A DNA stretch of 63,214 nt, the filler included, from Hyphochytrium catenoides (Eukaryota > Protista > Hyphochytriomycota): NCBI GenBank assembly GCA_900088475.1. It is 6 parts of 6 records of this genome, joined end to end, with 100 filler letters (N's around TTAATTAATTAA, not from the genome) between each part and the next. Parts side by side here need not be neighbours in the genome. Positions count along the whole stretch, not along the records: positions 30,116 to 47,015 come from FLMG01003647.1; positions 47,116 to 48,732 come from FLMG01004644.1; positions 48,833 to 50,117 come from FLMG01002116.1; positions 50,218 to 56,320 come from FLMG01001404.1; 2 more parts are not named here. The stretch is one strand, 5' to 3'. The stretch's first letter is position 1, and the number at the start of each line of letters is the position of its first letter. The notes under the pieces are model-generated. The model saw only the letters and a program-made list of their open reading frames with translations, did not search any database and had not been told where the DNA came from. The position numbers and the translations under genes are program-made. Positions 39,719-51,713 of the stretch are shown here, in pieces.

Positions 39719-41335
39719 ATGAGATACATCAGCCGTGCCCTCCTCCTCCTCCTTAGTGCCCTCCTCGTCGCCGTAGCGACCCCACAGCAGCTGCGGGCCA
39801 CTCCACGCCGCGACCTTGGGGAGGAGGCACTGCTCAGCCGCTTCAGGTTTGCGGAGATCAAGGCGCGGGACGGTGTGACCTTGAAGGCGAATGTCATCGA
39901 GCCTGCGGGCGTGGGCGAAGGAGGAAAGAAGACGCCAGCGATCGTGTTCATTAACAGCTGGGGACTCAACGATGCCGAGTACCTGGCCCAAGCCGTCAAG
40001 TTCGCTGATCGAGGTTACACCGTGCTTTCTTACACCACCAGGGGATTCTGGCTCTCTGGAGGGCAGATCGACACCGCGGGCCCTAAGGATATTGCTGACG
40101 TCTCTGCAGCACTGGACTGGCTGGTAGAGAACACCCAGGCTGATCCTGACCGTATCGGCTGCTCGGGCATCTCCTACGGTGCCGGCATCTCACTCATCGC
40201 CTCAGCTTTTGACTCGCGCATCCGCAGTGTCGCCGCCATGAGCGGCTGGGTGGACCTGGTAGACTCTCTGTACGGAGGCAGCACCCGCCGTCCGCAGGCC
40301 GCGTTTCTGCTCAAGGCGCTCGCCCAGGTAGTCGGCAAGCCCAGTCCCGAGCTGGCGACGATGCTGGACAACTACTTTGCCAACCGCAACATCGACAGCA
40401 TTCGCGCCTTTGGCGGCATCCGCTCTGCCGCGTCCTTCATCGATAAAATCAATGCCAACAAGCCTGCGCTCCTGATGGCCAACGGCCTAGGTGACAGCAT
40501 CTTCGCACCCAACCAGTTCGTCGACTTCTTCCAAAAGCTCCAGGTACCCAAGCGCCTGGAATTCGCCCACGGAGACCACATCATCGCTGAGGCCGCGGGC
40601 CTTCTAGGCATCGAGAATCATGTTTGGGACAGCGTCGGGCGTTGGTTTGATCATTATCTCAAGAACGGCGCCAACGGCATTGAAAAGGAACCTCCACTTT
40701 GCCTGCGAGCTCTGGGCTCTACGCAGCCTGAGTATTATAGCTCATGGGATGATGTCTCCACGAACTATCTGAAGCTTCACTTCCATGACAACTCAATTTG
40801 GAAGCTTACCGGAGGCGAGATGAGCACTAGTCCTAGTTCTACCTGGTCCCATAAGATCTGGACGGGACTAGACACATTCGCCAGCGGAGGAATCGCTCTG
40901 CTGACTAACGGACTGACGGCGCTGACCAAGAGTCCACCTAAGGTGATGCTTCCTCTCGTGGACAAGCTTCACGCGGCGCTTTGGATCACGAAGGAGTTTG
41001 AGAAGGGACAGAGAATTAGAGGCATCCCGCGCGTCCATCTTGTGATCCGACCGGCAAGGTCCTCTGGTACCGTGATTGCTTACCTCTATGACGTTAATAG
41101 TTGGGGTTTGGGTGGGCTCTTCACATTTGCTCCGCTGACCTGGAAGGACGCCACTCCTGGACAACCATTGACCTTAGACCTCGACATCTCCGCCACCGCC
41201 TACAATGTGCCAGCAGGGAATCGCGTGGCCATCGCGATCGACACGAAGGATGCGCTATTCTACGACGAGAACAAATTCAACGACCCGCTCATCTTTGAGT
41301 CAGGCTCCTATCTGGAACTGCCTTTTCAGAACTAG
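39719..41335 (+). CDS. Secreted CocE/NonD-family (peptidase S15-like) alpha/beta hydrolase, intronless, 538 aa
   Basis: Signal peptide; RDGVTLKANV; YTTRGFWLSGG; nucleophile motif GISYGAG; candidate Asp (GLGDSIF) and His (HGDH); C-terminal jelly-roll-type segment (IRGIPRVHL...AYNVPAGNRVAIAI). Confidence 0.92.
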   Translation: MRYISRALLLLLSALLVAVATPQQLRATPRRDLGEEALLSRFRFAEIKARDGVTLKANVIEPAGVGEGGKKTPAIVFINSWGLNDAEYLAQAVKFADRGYTVLSYTTRGFWLSGGQIDTAGPKDIADVSAALDWLVENTQADPDRIGCSGISYGAGISLIASAFDSRIRSVAAMSGWVDLVDSLYGGSTRRPQAAFLLKALAQVVGKPSPELATMLDNYFANRNIDSIRAFGGIRSAASFIDKINANKPALLMANGLGDSIFAPNQFVDFFQKLQVPKRLEFAHGDHIIAEAAGLLGIENHVWDSVGRWFDHYLKNGANGIEKEPPLCLRALGSTQPEYYSSWDDVSTNYLKLHFHDNSIWKLTGGEMSTSPSSTWSHKIWTGLDTFASGGIALLTNGLTALTKSPPKVMLPLVDKLHAALWITKEFEKGQRIRGIPRVHLVIRPARSSGTVIAYLYDVNSWGLGGLFTFAPLTWKDATPGQPLTLDLDISATAYNVPAGNRVAIAIDTKDALFYDENKFNDPLIFESGSYLELPFQN

Positions 41336-43782
41336 ATAAGGCACCACCATCCTGATCGTCATCATAGGTCAAGCTTCTGCTTAGAAGGGCCTTTCCTGGC
41401 TTCACGGTCTCATCAGCCGGGCCCTTCCTTTCTCTAGACTCTTTATCACATTCCTCTTCCCGCCATTGCTGCTTCTGAATACTTCCTCTACTTTGTGGGT
41501 CATTATTCTACGTGCGCAGTAGATCATCTGTACGGCCAGTCTCGCCATGTGTCGCAGTCATTTTGAGTGTCTATGTAAGGCTAATAATGTTAGAAAGTGA
41601 GAATGCTGTTTGTCTTTCAAAGCTGGAAGTGGCTGAGCACTTTCCGCTACATCTTTCGACATAGACCGTCTACTAGTGAACCATAAGTCCAAGAGAACCA
41701 TAAGTCCAGAAGAGAGAGCGCAGAGGTCAGAACAAGCGAAGAAGAAGATAGAAAATTGTCAGAGCAACAACCACCTGTGTAGGGCTAGCGCTTTAACCGA
41801 TCTCTCGCCGTGGGGTTGTCCATTCGTTCAAATACCAGCAAGAAAGCTGACATCGTAATGTCATTGCCAATGCTCGAAACAAGCGCATGGGCAGCACAGG
41901 AAGATGGGCCAGACGGCTCCCTTGTTATCTCTCTTCAAATCTTTCTCAACTGCCACGTCATGTTTACATAGCGGCTGTGTCTTCGCTTAGGCTGGCCAGG
42001 CATCAGCTCTGTGTTCGCATAGGAAGACTTCTAAGGCGACTCTAAAGACTTTTCCTCTCAGATGGAATTTCATTGACTGCTTAGCATTGTTGGCAAGAGG
42101 ATATCGATCTCAGGGAGGAGTGGAGAGCAAAGGAGGGAGAGAAGGGATAGAACGAGGAGATGACTCGGACATCCTCCAGGGCTGAGAATAAAGAGACTGG
42201 ACTTCTTACCCAGGTCATCAAGAGAATATGGTATGGATGATGGTATTGTGAGCGACTTCTTCCAGCAGCTGCAGCAGACCCTTGCATCAAAAGATAACGC
42301 TTCTGCTAACGACACTCGCCGGCAAGAAGGTCCGCGGTAGTGTCTGATACTCCCAACCTCGACCCTGCTATCAGAGTAGAATTTGAGGTCGAAGAGCTGG
42401 CGCAGGAGAGCTGGCAGAGGGTGGTGCAGCAAATGTTGTTGCTGCTTCCTCTAAATCTATGCAGGCGGTAACATTGGAGACGCTAAGGCTAGAAGAAGAG
42501 TTGCATGCCGTGGATGACAGTGACTTAATTGAGTAGTTTGGCATCCCGACTGCAGTTCAGGCGGCTCTGAGACGAGGCGCTGATGGGACAAGAGGAGGTA
42601 CCGAGCAGGCTGACTCAACTGCAACAACAGCAGCAACAGATAATACATTTCCCCGCGCTACCCTAAGCACTTTTGGAGTCAAGTCCGCAAATCGTCCGGG
42701 TCGCCAAACAGTGCCCAGAAGACTATCCCGTGGCGGGAGAGAGCGAGGGAAGAGGACGTGGTGAGTTCGTGGTGGAATATGGGACCAACTGACTCGCTGT
42801 AGGGAGAGCCTGGACCAGCAGGTGCGCCAAGAGTATCCTAACCCTGAAGGATAAGCACCTCCTGGAAGAGTATTATTCCAGAAAGGTAAGCACCTCTCAC
42901 TACCTCGAATCAACAGGAGGCATAGCGACTTTCAAACATACTCTCCTTGTTCAATCCAGATGGCTCTGGTGCAAGAGAGACGAAGGGGTTATGCCCAAAT
43001 TCTCCCGCAATGGACCCCATCCCAGTCTTAAGGACGCGCAACTTGACGGATCCAGCGTCAGCACCCGCCTCTTTATCCGGAGCACATTCACTGTCAGGAG
43101 GTGGTGCTCCCAATAGAAGGACAGAACACGCTGTTATTGAAGCGAAAGAGGCAACAACGGTACCTCTCTCACAGATGGTTCTTCGGCAGACGCTGTTCGT
43201 CAGCAACCGACAGATCAGCCAGAAAATTCCGTCTACTGGGGGAGCTGACAACCTCCCGGCTATGGCGAGGAAGGACACAAGAGAAAGAGAAGGCATTGTA
43301 GTGGCCTCTATGCGGGCCCGCTATTGTATCGTACACATATAATGTCACACCTTCTGTTGCCAGCCATGGGGTTCCCAATGAAGGACGTGGAAGAGACGGC
43401 ATAGTCTCTTTTGGCTGAAGATGATAGCAGCTCTCCCGAAGCGCATTACCGTTAGTGACCTCCAAATTGTTGAGGCAGCAGATGCCGCAGGTCAGAGACG
43501 AGCCAAGACCAGAGTAGGCAGGGAGGCTTGATCATGAGGAAGTACTCCTATAGTTACTTTAAGCTTCCTCGTGAACCCTTTCCTCCTCCTCTCTCTCGTT
43601 TCTGAGCCTCCTGTTCCTCTTACGACTGACTTTATGTTTCTATCTAGAAAATAACTACGTTTAGGCGTCCGCAGCGGCCTCTTGCTCAGGAACCAGAGAG
43701 AGAACAGCAGCACACTCAGCAGCACACCGAAGGTGGAGAGGAAGAGATGGGGAGACTAACAATGACAGCACCAGCAGCCATC

Positions 43783-44030
43783 ATGGCAGCGGGAGTCCTG
43801 GCTGTAAAAGATGTGAAATGTGTGGCCATTTGAGGGTGGAAACAAGAAGTAGAAGTTGCTTCAAACAAGCTTGCTCTTCTAGTTAGTAGAGTAGCAGCTA
43901 CTGTCCCCATGGCTCCGGTTGGCCTGTCTCCACGCCCAAATCTACCATGATGGAAAAAGCAGATTGTTTGACGGCTTGTTGCCGCAATTCCTGGCAGAGC
44001 TCCAGCTCCTGCAGCTCAACAAGTCGCAGC
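43783..44030 (+). repeat. Dispersed decayed repeat, copy B (homologous to 29375-29687)
   Basis: Aligns to copy A; one frame reads CKRCEMCGHL...SC. Confidence 0.7.
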
Positions 44031-44859
44031 CGCTGCCGACGATCTGCTGCTCCTCCAGCGAGGGAGGAGGGTTTCACGCTGAATAGGTGCGTGCGCCCAC
44101 AAAGTTAGAGTCAGGTGCATCTCAATCAATGTAAGCTGACGGTAGGGTTAGTTCCCCAAACCTTGGCAGGAGAGGATAAGGAGTTACCAGCTCACAACTC
44201 CATCGTCATAACTATTATTCGATGTGTGCTTACGTTGCCCATCCCACTATCGGCATTTTCGTAATGAGATCCAGCCTCCTTTTTCTCTCCTTCCTCTTCT
44301 TCGGGGCAAGAATTGGCACTTTACCCATTACTCGAGGCAAGAATTGGTTGCCGCGTTCTTGTTAGGTGCTTCATTTCCCTCTCGCAGTAGTGGCGGTGAT
44401 GGGGCGATGCAAGAAAAGCGAACGTATACATTCACCGTCCTCCCCAAAGCTTGACTAACCAGCTGGAAGAGTATCGTATAAGAATACAGACGTGCAGGAG
44501 ATGTGGCCATCTAAGAAGGGGCCATAAAGGTATCGCAGGAAGTACATGAGTCCGGGCAAATTAGTATCTCACTTGTATTATGACTAGAGGTAAACATCCC
44601 TTTGTACCCTCTTTCTTCTCTTCTTTTTTGTTACCTTCTTAGGCCTGCCAGTCCAGTAGCCCTTATTAAGGTCTACGACGACCTCCAGTTCTCAGGAGAA
44701 AGAAGTTGCAAGACCATGGAGATGAATAAAACTGACGCGGTTGCTGCTACTCCTTTGGTCAAGTTAATGAGTTGGGCATGATGAGCGGAGCAAAAGGGTG
44801 GACAACGAAAAGTCGCTTTACTAAAGTAAGGTTCCCTCCTAGTAATAAGGCATATTTAC

Positions 44860-46965
44860 CATTAGAGTCCACTTCTTCCTTCATATCCCTGCTTCTACTT
44901 GGAGTTTGGGACTGTGGAAACAGTTGGTCTGGTACATCTTATCCTATAAAATAAGACTCAGATAGTCCATACTTCAACAGTCTCGACTTCTACTGGGAGT
45001 TTGGAGCTAAAGAACTTGGGCAGTAAGCTTGCCAGCTTGTAATCCACATAGCTGTGCCCCCAGACTCCAACACTACCCCGCAGCTCGAAGTCCCTAAGGT
45101 GAAGGGCCGAAGCTGAACATACCTCCCAGCATGCTGTACACCCGCTAGAAAAAAATAACTTGATTCTTGGGCTCCATATAATTCCACATTGTCTGATTGC
45201 TTCAGGGCTAGCTAAAACGTGTGGAGAATGTGTCGAATTGTATGGGATGATTAGACAACATCATTCGATGAGAGTGGTGTACTTATAAGCCCAGCTCCGG
45301 TCCCACAATCTAGAGCTTATGGTCAGTACCCCGGAGTACCTTCAAGACTGATTGGTGTAGACAGGGATTTCTCTAGGACTGAATATCTTAGTGTTTATTT
45401 GGAATAGTTGGCATAGTCAGAATAGCTCTAGATTATGGGACCCCAGTTGGGCTTATAAGTAGAGCATTCTCATCTAATGACATTGTCCAATCATCCCATA
45501 CAAATCCAACAGTACCTCTCTGCCAAGGATTACTGGGGTACAGAGCCGAGATCAGGTGTTTCACCACAGTCCTCATACTCGTCGACTTCCAAGCTTGTAT
45601 CTGCGTCTGCTGCGGTTGCAGGGTCTGATGCCTCCATCTTCCGAGGAGTCTTCAGAGTACTGTTCACTGTTTGAATAATCACTGCGTTCGGAGTCTTGGA
45701 CTTGATCACTTGCTTGGTGCGTTCCTAAGGAAGAATGAATTTTGGGATCTTCTTCCTGGGACTGATTCCCCACGGTATTCCCTGGGATATCATTTGGGTC
45801 GGGGTTGTCAAAGTTCTCCCAAGCTCCTCAGAAATATCATACAGCACTGACGACCGTAAGCCATAGATATAAAATGGGACACATAGTTCCCGTGTTCCCC
45901 GCACTTGGATGGCTTGAGGGCTTGGGGACTTGCCTCACCCGCCCGGTTACTCTTTGTCTGACTTGGGTCCATATTTCGATGGACATTGTTTGGTGCACTG
46001 GTTTAGGCCAATTTAGTGTTCCCGGTTCAGATCGTCGGTTCCACTCCACTTTGCTCTTCTCAGAGTGGCTGCGATAGGGGAGAAGACGCTCTTGCTGTTG
46101 CACTTGCTGGTGCCATGTGGTCTAGTAATATGGGTTTGGCTTGCTCTTCTCGGTCACGGATGTAAAACGTTACGTTCTAGCATTAGCACGGTTGTTCGTC
46201 CTACCATTGAGGCTTCCATTCGTTCAGGGTTCGTATATCGATACCCTGTCCCCCCATGCTCTCAGCGCCGCCCTACTTATTACTTGGTCGCCAGTGCTAC
46301 GTGTAGCCTTCCTCCCAGCTCTTCTATGTTTCGGTCCCAGAAGGCTGGCATCCCTACTCCACGTCCTGCCTTCTTGTTAGTGAAAGAAATCTCAGGGTTA
46401 GTGGACAGCGTTGTCCCTGCTGCTCGGTCTAGTAGTGGTGCTACTTCCTCTCTTGTAGTAGGCAGGGGCTGCCACTGCGCCATACGCTATTTTGCGGCAG
46501 ACGTATGTTGCTAAGAAGCAAGGTGTCTCCTTAACAACCAGTTTCTTCCGGAAGCCTACATTAAAGTCCTGATGGATAGCTTTTGGCCGTTCCCTGTGGT
46601 AATCTCGTTGGGGCTTTACCCTCGACGCACGGGGGGAACCCCATCGTTTTGAATACCTCTTGTGGCTTTTCGGTTCAATTGGTCTTCCACAATCATATCG
46701 CTTTCCTTTCGAAATGGCAGACTGCAGGTGCGTTGCCCCTATGTCATTTGTGGTGTAACGAGACTCACCCGGTTGGTGTAGGCTGAGTCCGTGCGCTACC
46801 AGAAAGAAGGTTGATGTCTGATAGGCTCTTCTTCTGTATGCCTTGCCGGGTTATAGCGAAGAGGGTTAAATCGTCCGCGTAAGCTATTCCGCTCTGTCGT
46901 GCTATGTGTTGAGTGCTACTATGTTCGTTGTCAGTAGTACAGTAGTCACTCTCTATACACACCTA
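44860..46965 (-). mobile_element. Degenerate non-LTR (LINE-like) retrotransposon, RT and downstream region
   Basis: GIAYADDLTLFA (RT YADD motif, ~46860-46890) and KKAGRGVGMP (GGLG-like thumb motif), with many stops. The 44860-45510 segment recurs at 58400-59285 and 63030-63214. Confidence 0.75.
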
Positions 46966-46970
46966 GCTCT

Positions 46971-47015
46971 TGTTGAGAGCAGAAGCTGACAAGAGCTCTA
47001 AAAGGCTCACAGTTC
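46971..47015 (-). repeat. 45-bp element terminus at a contig break, identical (reverse complement) to 56421-56465
   Basis: GAACTGTGAGCCTTTTAGAGCTCTTGTCAGCTTCTGCTCTCAACA occurs at two scaffold ends with different outer flanks. It ends in CAACA like an LTR. Confidence 0.8.
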
Positions 47016-48832
47016 NNNNNNNNNNNNNNNNNNNNNNNNNNNNNNNNNNNNNNNNNNNNTTAATTAATTAANNNNNNNNNNNNNNNNNNNNNNNNNNNNN
47101 NNNNNNNNNNNNNNNTTGGCTGTGGAGTTGGCTGTGGAGCTGGCTGAGGAGCTGGCTGCGGAGTTGGTTGCGGAGTTTGCTGAGGAGCTGGCTCTGATTG
47201 ACCTGGGGGACTGTTGGATGCTCGGCAATTGCCTTCTGCTAGCAATGAGGATTGTACATTGGAGATGGAGGTGTGGGCCCACAGCATTCAGTCAGTCTTT
47301 TCTCGCCATAAAGAAAGCAGAGAAACCGGGCGCTTACCGTTTGCTGAGGAGACAGGTACTGTGCGGGTGCAGATCCTGTGGCTGGCGCCTGTCAGGTAGC
47401 TTCGTCTCTCAGTGCACACTATCCCGTTTGGATGGGCCTGATGAGCATTGCCGTCACTGTATCGTGCCATATCTCTGTACGCAGCCTTCAAGTGGCTAGC
47501 AGAGAAGTGTCTTTTTCCAAAGCGCCACCCTTCCCTGCCTATTAGAGTGTTAGTCAGCGAATTCAAAGTTAAGGAGAGTATCAAATCTTCTTTGTCCGGA
47601 CAGAAGAATGATTTGGTAGGGCTGACCTGATGAAGGCTTCCAGCTAACAGCGGCGTTAGCTGTCGGTAAAGGCAGCCGGAAGAGTATGCTCCACCACGGG
47701 ACTGGAAGGTGAGCCAGACTTTGTCTGAAGAAAGGTGGACAGTCCTGGTGCGCTGAGGTGCTCAGATTGCACAGAGACAAAGGCACCAGAGACACGTGCT
47801 GGAGGAAGCTGCACTTTGCCAACAAAAGAAGCGGAAGAACCAAGTAGAAGAGGGCGCAAGGTCTAATCTTTCCAAGGTTCCGTGCTACACCTGACCAGAA
47901 GTGTTGGCTGGCTACCGTCGAGGGTGGTCTAGAGCCCATCTTCTTGATCCTTCTGACTTTGTCGCTGCAAGAATATGACGGCTTTCCAGCTCTCACCGCT
48001 TCCTTCTGTGGTCTAAAGCTGCGCGTGAGCCACGAGCCTGGATTAGCACTCTTCTCTTCTTCTTTGGTCTAAAGCTGCGCGTGAGCCACGNNNNNNNNNN
48101 NNNNNNNNNNNNNNNNNNNNNNNNTGAATGGTTCCCTACTCTCGAGGTCGCCTTCATTCGTCTCACGCAAGCAGGCGGAAAAGCCAATTGAAAATCGATC
48201 ACTTGCTCTCTTACGCGCCAGGCAGATCAATAGCTCCTTTGCCACACAGCGTTCGCTTTCTGCGCTGTCGCAGCAAGCAGCCGGGGTGGGGCCCAGGGAG
48301 AGACTTGGCCGGCGCTCGAAGGGTGCTATCGTGTGCTCGCACGCTCTGACAGGGACGTTGCGTCTCTTCCTTCCTCAGTAACCTTCCAGTGCACTCCCCT
48401 CATCCGTTACTACACCGCGACNNNNNNNNNNNNNNNNNNNNNNNNNNNNNNNNCCCAAGCAGTATGTCCACGCCGAGTACTCGTACGCACTTCCAAGATG
48501 TACCTGTCGTAGTACTTGGCTACCAGTCATCTAATCAAAAGATTAGTACTGTACTGGACCGTAGCGGACAGGACCTAGCGCCTACATAGACTACGAGAAC
48601 TATTGCTCTGGACAGTAGCCGCCTTTACGTATCATCTATCTCCCGCCTTCGACAAGTACCGCTTTACAAGCACTTGAAGCTGTCATCCCACTAGAACTAC
48701 TAGTATAGTTCTACCCACAGTTCAGAGAATTANNNNNNNNNNNNNNNNNNNNNNNNNNNNNNNNNNNNNNNNNNNNTTAATTAATTAANNNNNNNNNNNN
48801 NNNNNNNNNNNNNNNNNNNNNNNNNNNNNNNN

Positions 48833-50117
48833 GAACCCTTCGCCTTCCCCATGCCCACTTTCTTCGATCGTTCCTCCTTCCAAAGGATAATTATGGTCTT
48901 GGTGGATAGAGATGAAAAGCACCGATGATTCACTGTAGAAAGCTTTCTGCGTGCCATTACCGTGGTGCACGTCATAGTCCACAATGGCGATGCGTTTTAT
49001 CCCATGGACCTTTTGAAGATGTCGCGCCGCGATAACGATGTTGTTAAATAGGCAGAAACCCATGCCTTGAGAGGCCTCAGCATGATGTCCCGGTGGCCGA
49101 ATAAGTGCATATGCATTGTCGACCTCTCCTTCCATAACCTATATACCCATAGCGTCGAATGAACGTTCGACCAGGAACGGCAGGGCGGGGGTAAAGGGGT
49201 TAGAGGTCAGGGGACATGATGTTCGTCCAGCTCTAGAGCATGAGGTTCAAAAGAGAAAAGTGTGATGGTCAATCTAGAAGGGAAGTGCTCTACATAAAGT
49301 GGACAGTGAAGCTGCTTCGGCTCATCCTATGGTGGCCATGTCTCTTGCTGGGAAGGGAAGACGCAATTTCCTCAAGAGGTGAGCGAAACGGCACATATGG
49401 TTCCTCAAGCATCTCTTCCTTCCTCGGTAACAACCCAGTAGCATTTCTTTGCCCAAGCTCCAGCCCATCGCGCTATCATAGGACTGACCGCTCACTAAAT
49501 AAAACAATTTTCGTAGACAAGGGAACCTTCTCGGTCTCTTGCCATGCCTTGAGCCATTCTGTTGCCAAAAGATGGCAAACTATCAACTGCAGCAGTTTGG
49601 CTCCTTGTCCAAACCCAACGCCCTATAGCCCCTCAATGAGAGTACTTACTGCATCAGCTGCCGCAATACCGCCCCCTGCTGAAAGTGTGGCGATCTCATA
49701 CCCATGCTTGGCAAAGGGAGTCTCCGTATCTGCCCAGCCTCCATGCGCTCTGCTCATATCTTGAATCTTCTTGATATAATCCCGCGTGTGGAAGTAAGCC
49801 AACTCGTCCTCAGTAGCGTGCCTTAAAGTGATGCCGTCAATAGTACTAAGCTTGCTACCGCTTCTACTCTTAGATCCACGTTTCTCTTCCAACTACCCTT
49901 GTACTTCACAGATATCTACACAATGGTGATGACACTACCTGGGCTTCAAAGGGTGAAGCTTATCTAAAAGCCCGCTGACAGCTATCAAAGAGTGCATTCG
50001 ACGCTTGGTGTCTGGGTGTTCCCTAGAGGCATGATGAGGACGGGTTTTGGGGAGGGAGCAGAAACCTAGGTGACCCTAGCACCACAAGCATACCAATGCG
50101 GGTAGGGCTCGATGTCT
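48833..50117 (-). CDS. Class II histone deacetylase / HDAH-HDA8-like amidohydrolase, partial at both ends
   Basis: HPDTKRRMHSLI, FHTRDYI, ALIRPPGHHAE, GFCLFNN, VDYDVHHGNGTQ and FISIHQD, with introns. Confidence 0.92.
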
Positions 50118-50260
50118 NNNNNNNNNNNNNNNNNNNNNNNNNNNNNNNNNNNNNNNNNNNNTTAATTAATTAANNNNNNNNNNNNNNNNNNNNNNNNNNN
50201 NNNNNNNNNNNNNNNNNCCCGCTAACGCTTCCGGTAACTTCTCCTGCCACCTCGTCTTAG

Positions 50261-51357
50261 GTCTGGTACATCAAGGGCAAGCTGCAGCCCACTAGGGGCT
50301 TTGGGGATGCATATCTGAAAGACCAGGTAGAGCAGCCAAGAGGGCTTTAGAGACAGGCTATGACCTTAACTCTCTGGCGCTTAGCCCTAGCTTTCCGCGA
50401 CAATATTCGTTCTTCCTCTATGTCTGGAGGCGCCTCTGATGGTTGGCATGGGTGTCTCATGCCTTCTCGCTTATAGCTGGTCTCTCTTTGAGTTCTGCTA
50501 GCAAGCGGCTAAGGCCCACGCCTTTGTTCCACTCTTCTTAGCCTGTATCTCGTTCATCTCTTTGCTCCATAGTTCGCATTGCGACGTCTCGTCCTTTGTC
50601 TCCCCCGACCCTCTCTCTCTCTCTCCCACTCGCAAAGTTCCCGCATCTCATTCTCTCTTCTTCCCTCTTCACGTTTCTTTCGTACACCACACCACGACGC
50701 CCACCCGGACATAGAACTTCAACATCGCCCCTATGCCACCAGTCTTCCGAGTCCCAGAACCATACTCTCCACCCTACGTCTCCGCTTTGCCGGACACAAA
50801 ATGCATTGACTTAGACGGGAGAGAGGCTTTCCTTCTATTGGCCACAGACGGCCTTTTTGAAGAACTCGAGCTTGAGGAGATCAGCGAAGTGGTCTCCCGC
50901 TGCTGGGAGAGAGAGGGAAGTGATAAGGAAGGCAGCAGAGATATCAGGGTGAGCACTGCCTTGAGAGAGGAGGTAAGATAGAGAAGAAGCAGAGGTTTTC
51001 ATATCTGTCTCTCTGTTTCTTAGCTGATGGCGCCAACACTCTGTACCCGGGATGTGTACGTTGTCTTCGCTGTCCCCTTTCTCGCTCTTCTTCTCTCAAT
51101 TAGGTCTTTGCGACTATTGGCAGCTTCGCGGTAACTCTCCCTTCGATTTTCTGTCTTTGACGTTACCCTCACATCCTGCACGAGTGATCGCTTTGCTGAT
51201 TTTCCTCTATCTCTTCAATCAGGCCCTCCGGCGGGTTGCGTATGATCTAGAGATTGGCATCGAGGAGCTGCACAAAGTTCCTCCAGGAGAGAGAAGAGAA
51301 TTCCACGATGACATTACCGTCGTGTTTATTGATCTCAGAGGCTTACACAAGCGTTAG
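50261..51357 (+). CDS. PP2C-family protein phosphatase, C-terminal exons
   Basis: YIKGKLQPTRGFGDAYLK, PPYVSALPD, FLLLATDGLFE and RREFHDDITVVFIDL. Confidence 0.92.
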
Positions 51358-51713
51358 AGAGGAGAGAAAGGGCCCTAAGCCCCCTATTTTGTCTTCTCCT
51401 TCTTCTCTCTCATCTATTTCTATCTCCTGTGGCCTATCGTGTTCTTTCGCGCACGCTCCCTCTTTCTATCGCTCTCTCTCTCCCTCTCTCTCTCTCTCTC
51501 TTTGCGCGCCTCTCTTTGTTCTGGCTTTTCACCATTCTCCGTCTCTTCCGCCCTCTGTTTCTCAATTTACTATCAAATTTGCTCACGCATTCTCCTCGAG
51601 GTGTGGGAGAGTGGGGGGAGGCGTAGTGCTTCTACACTTCCAGCTTTCTACCGGCTCTGTTTCTCCAGCGCAGGCATTTGTAGCCCTTTCTATGATGTCT
51701 TTTCTCAAGACCA

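Noticed and set aside
39779-39830. QQLR...EE after the signal peptide as an RxLR-dEER effector motif
   Set aside because: Lacks the first Arg and EER; more likely a propeptide.
47116-48732. Small gapped scaffold with 12-bp and ~53-bp tandem units
   Set aside because: No recognisable domain; too fragmented to call.
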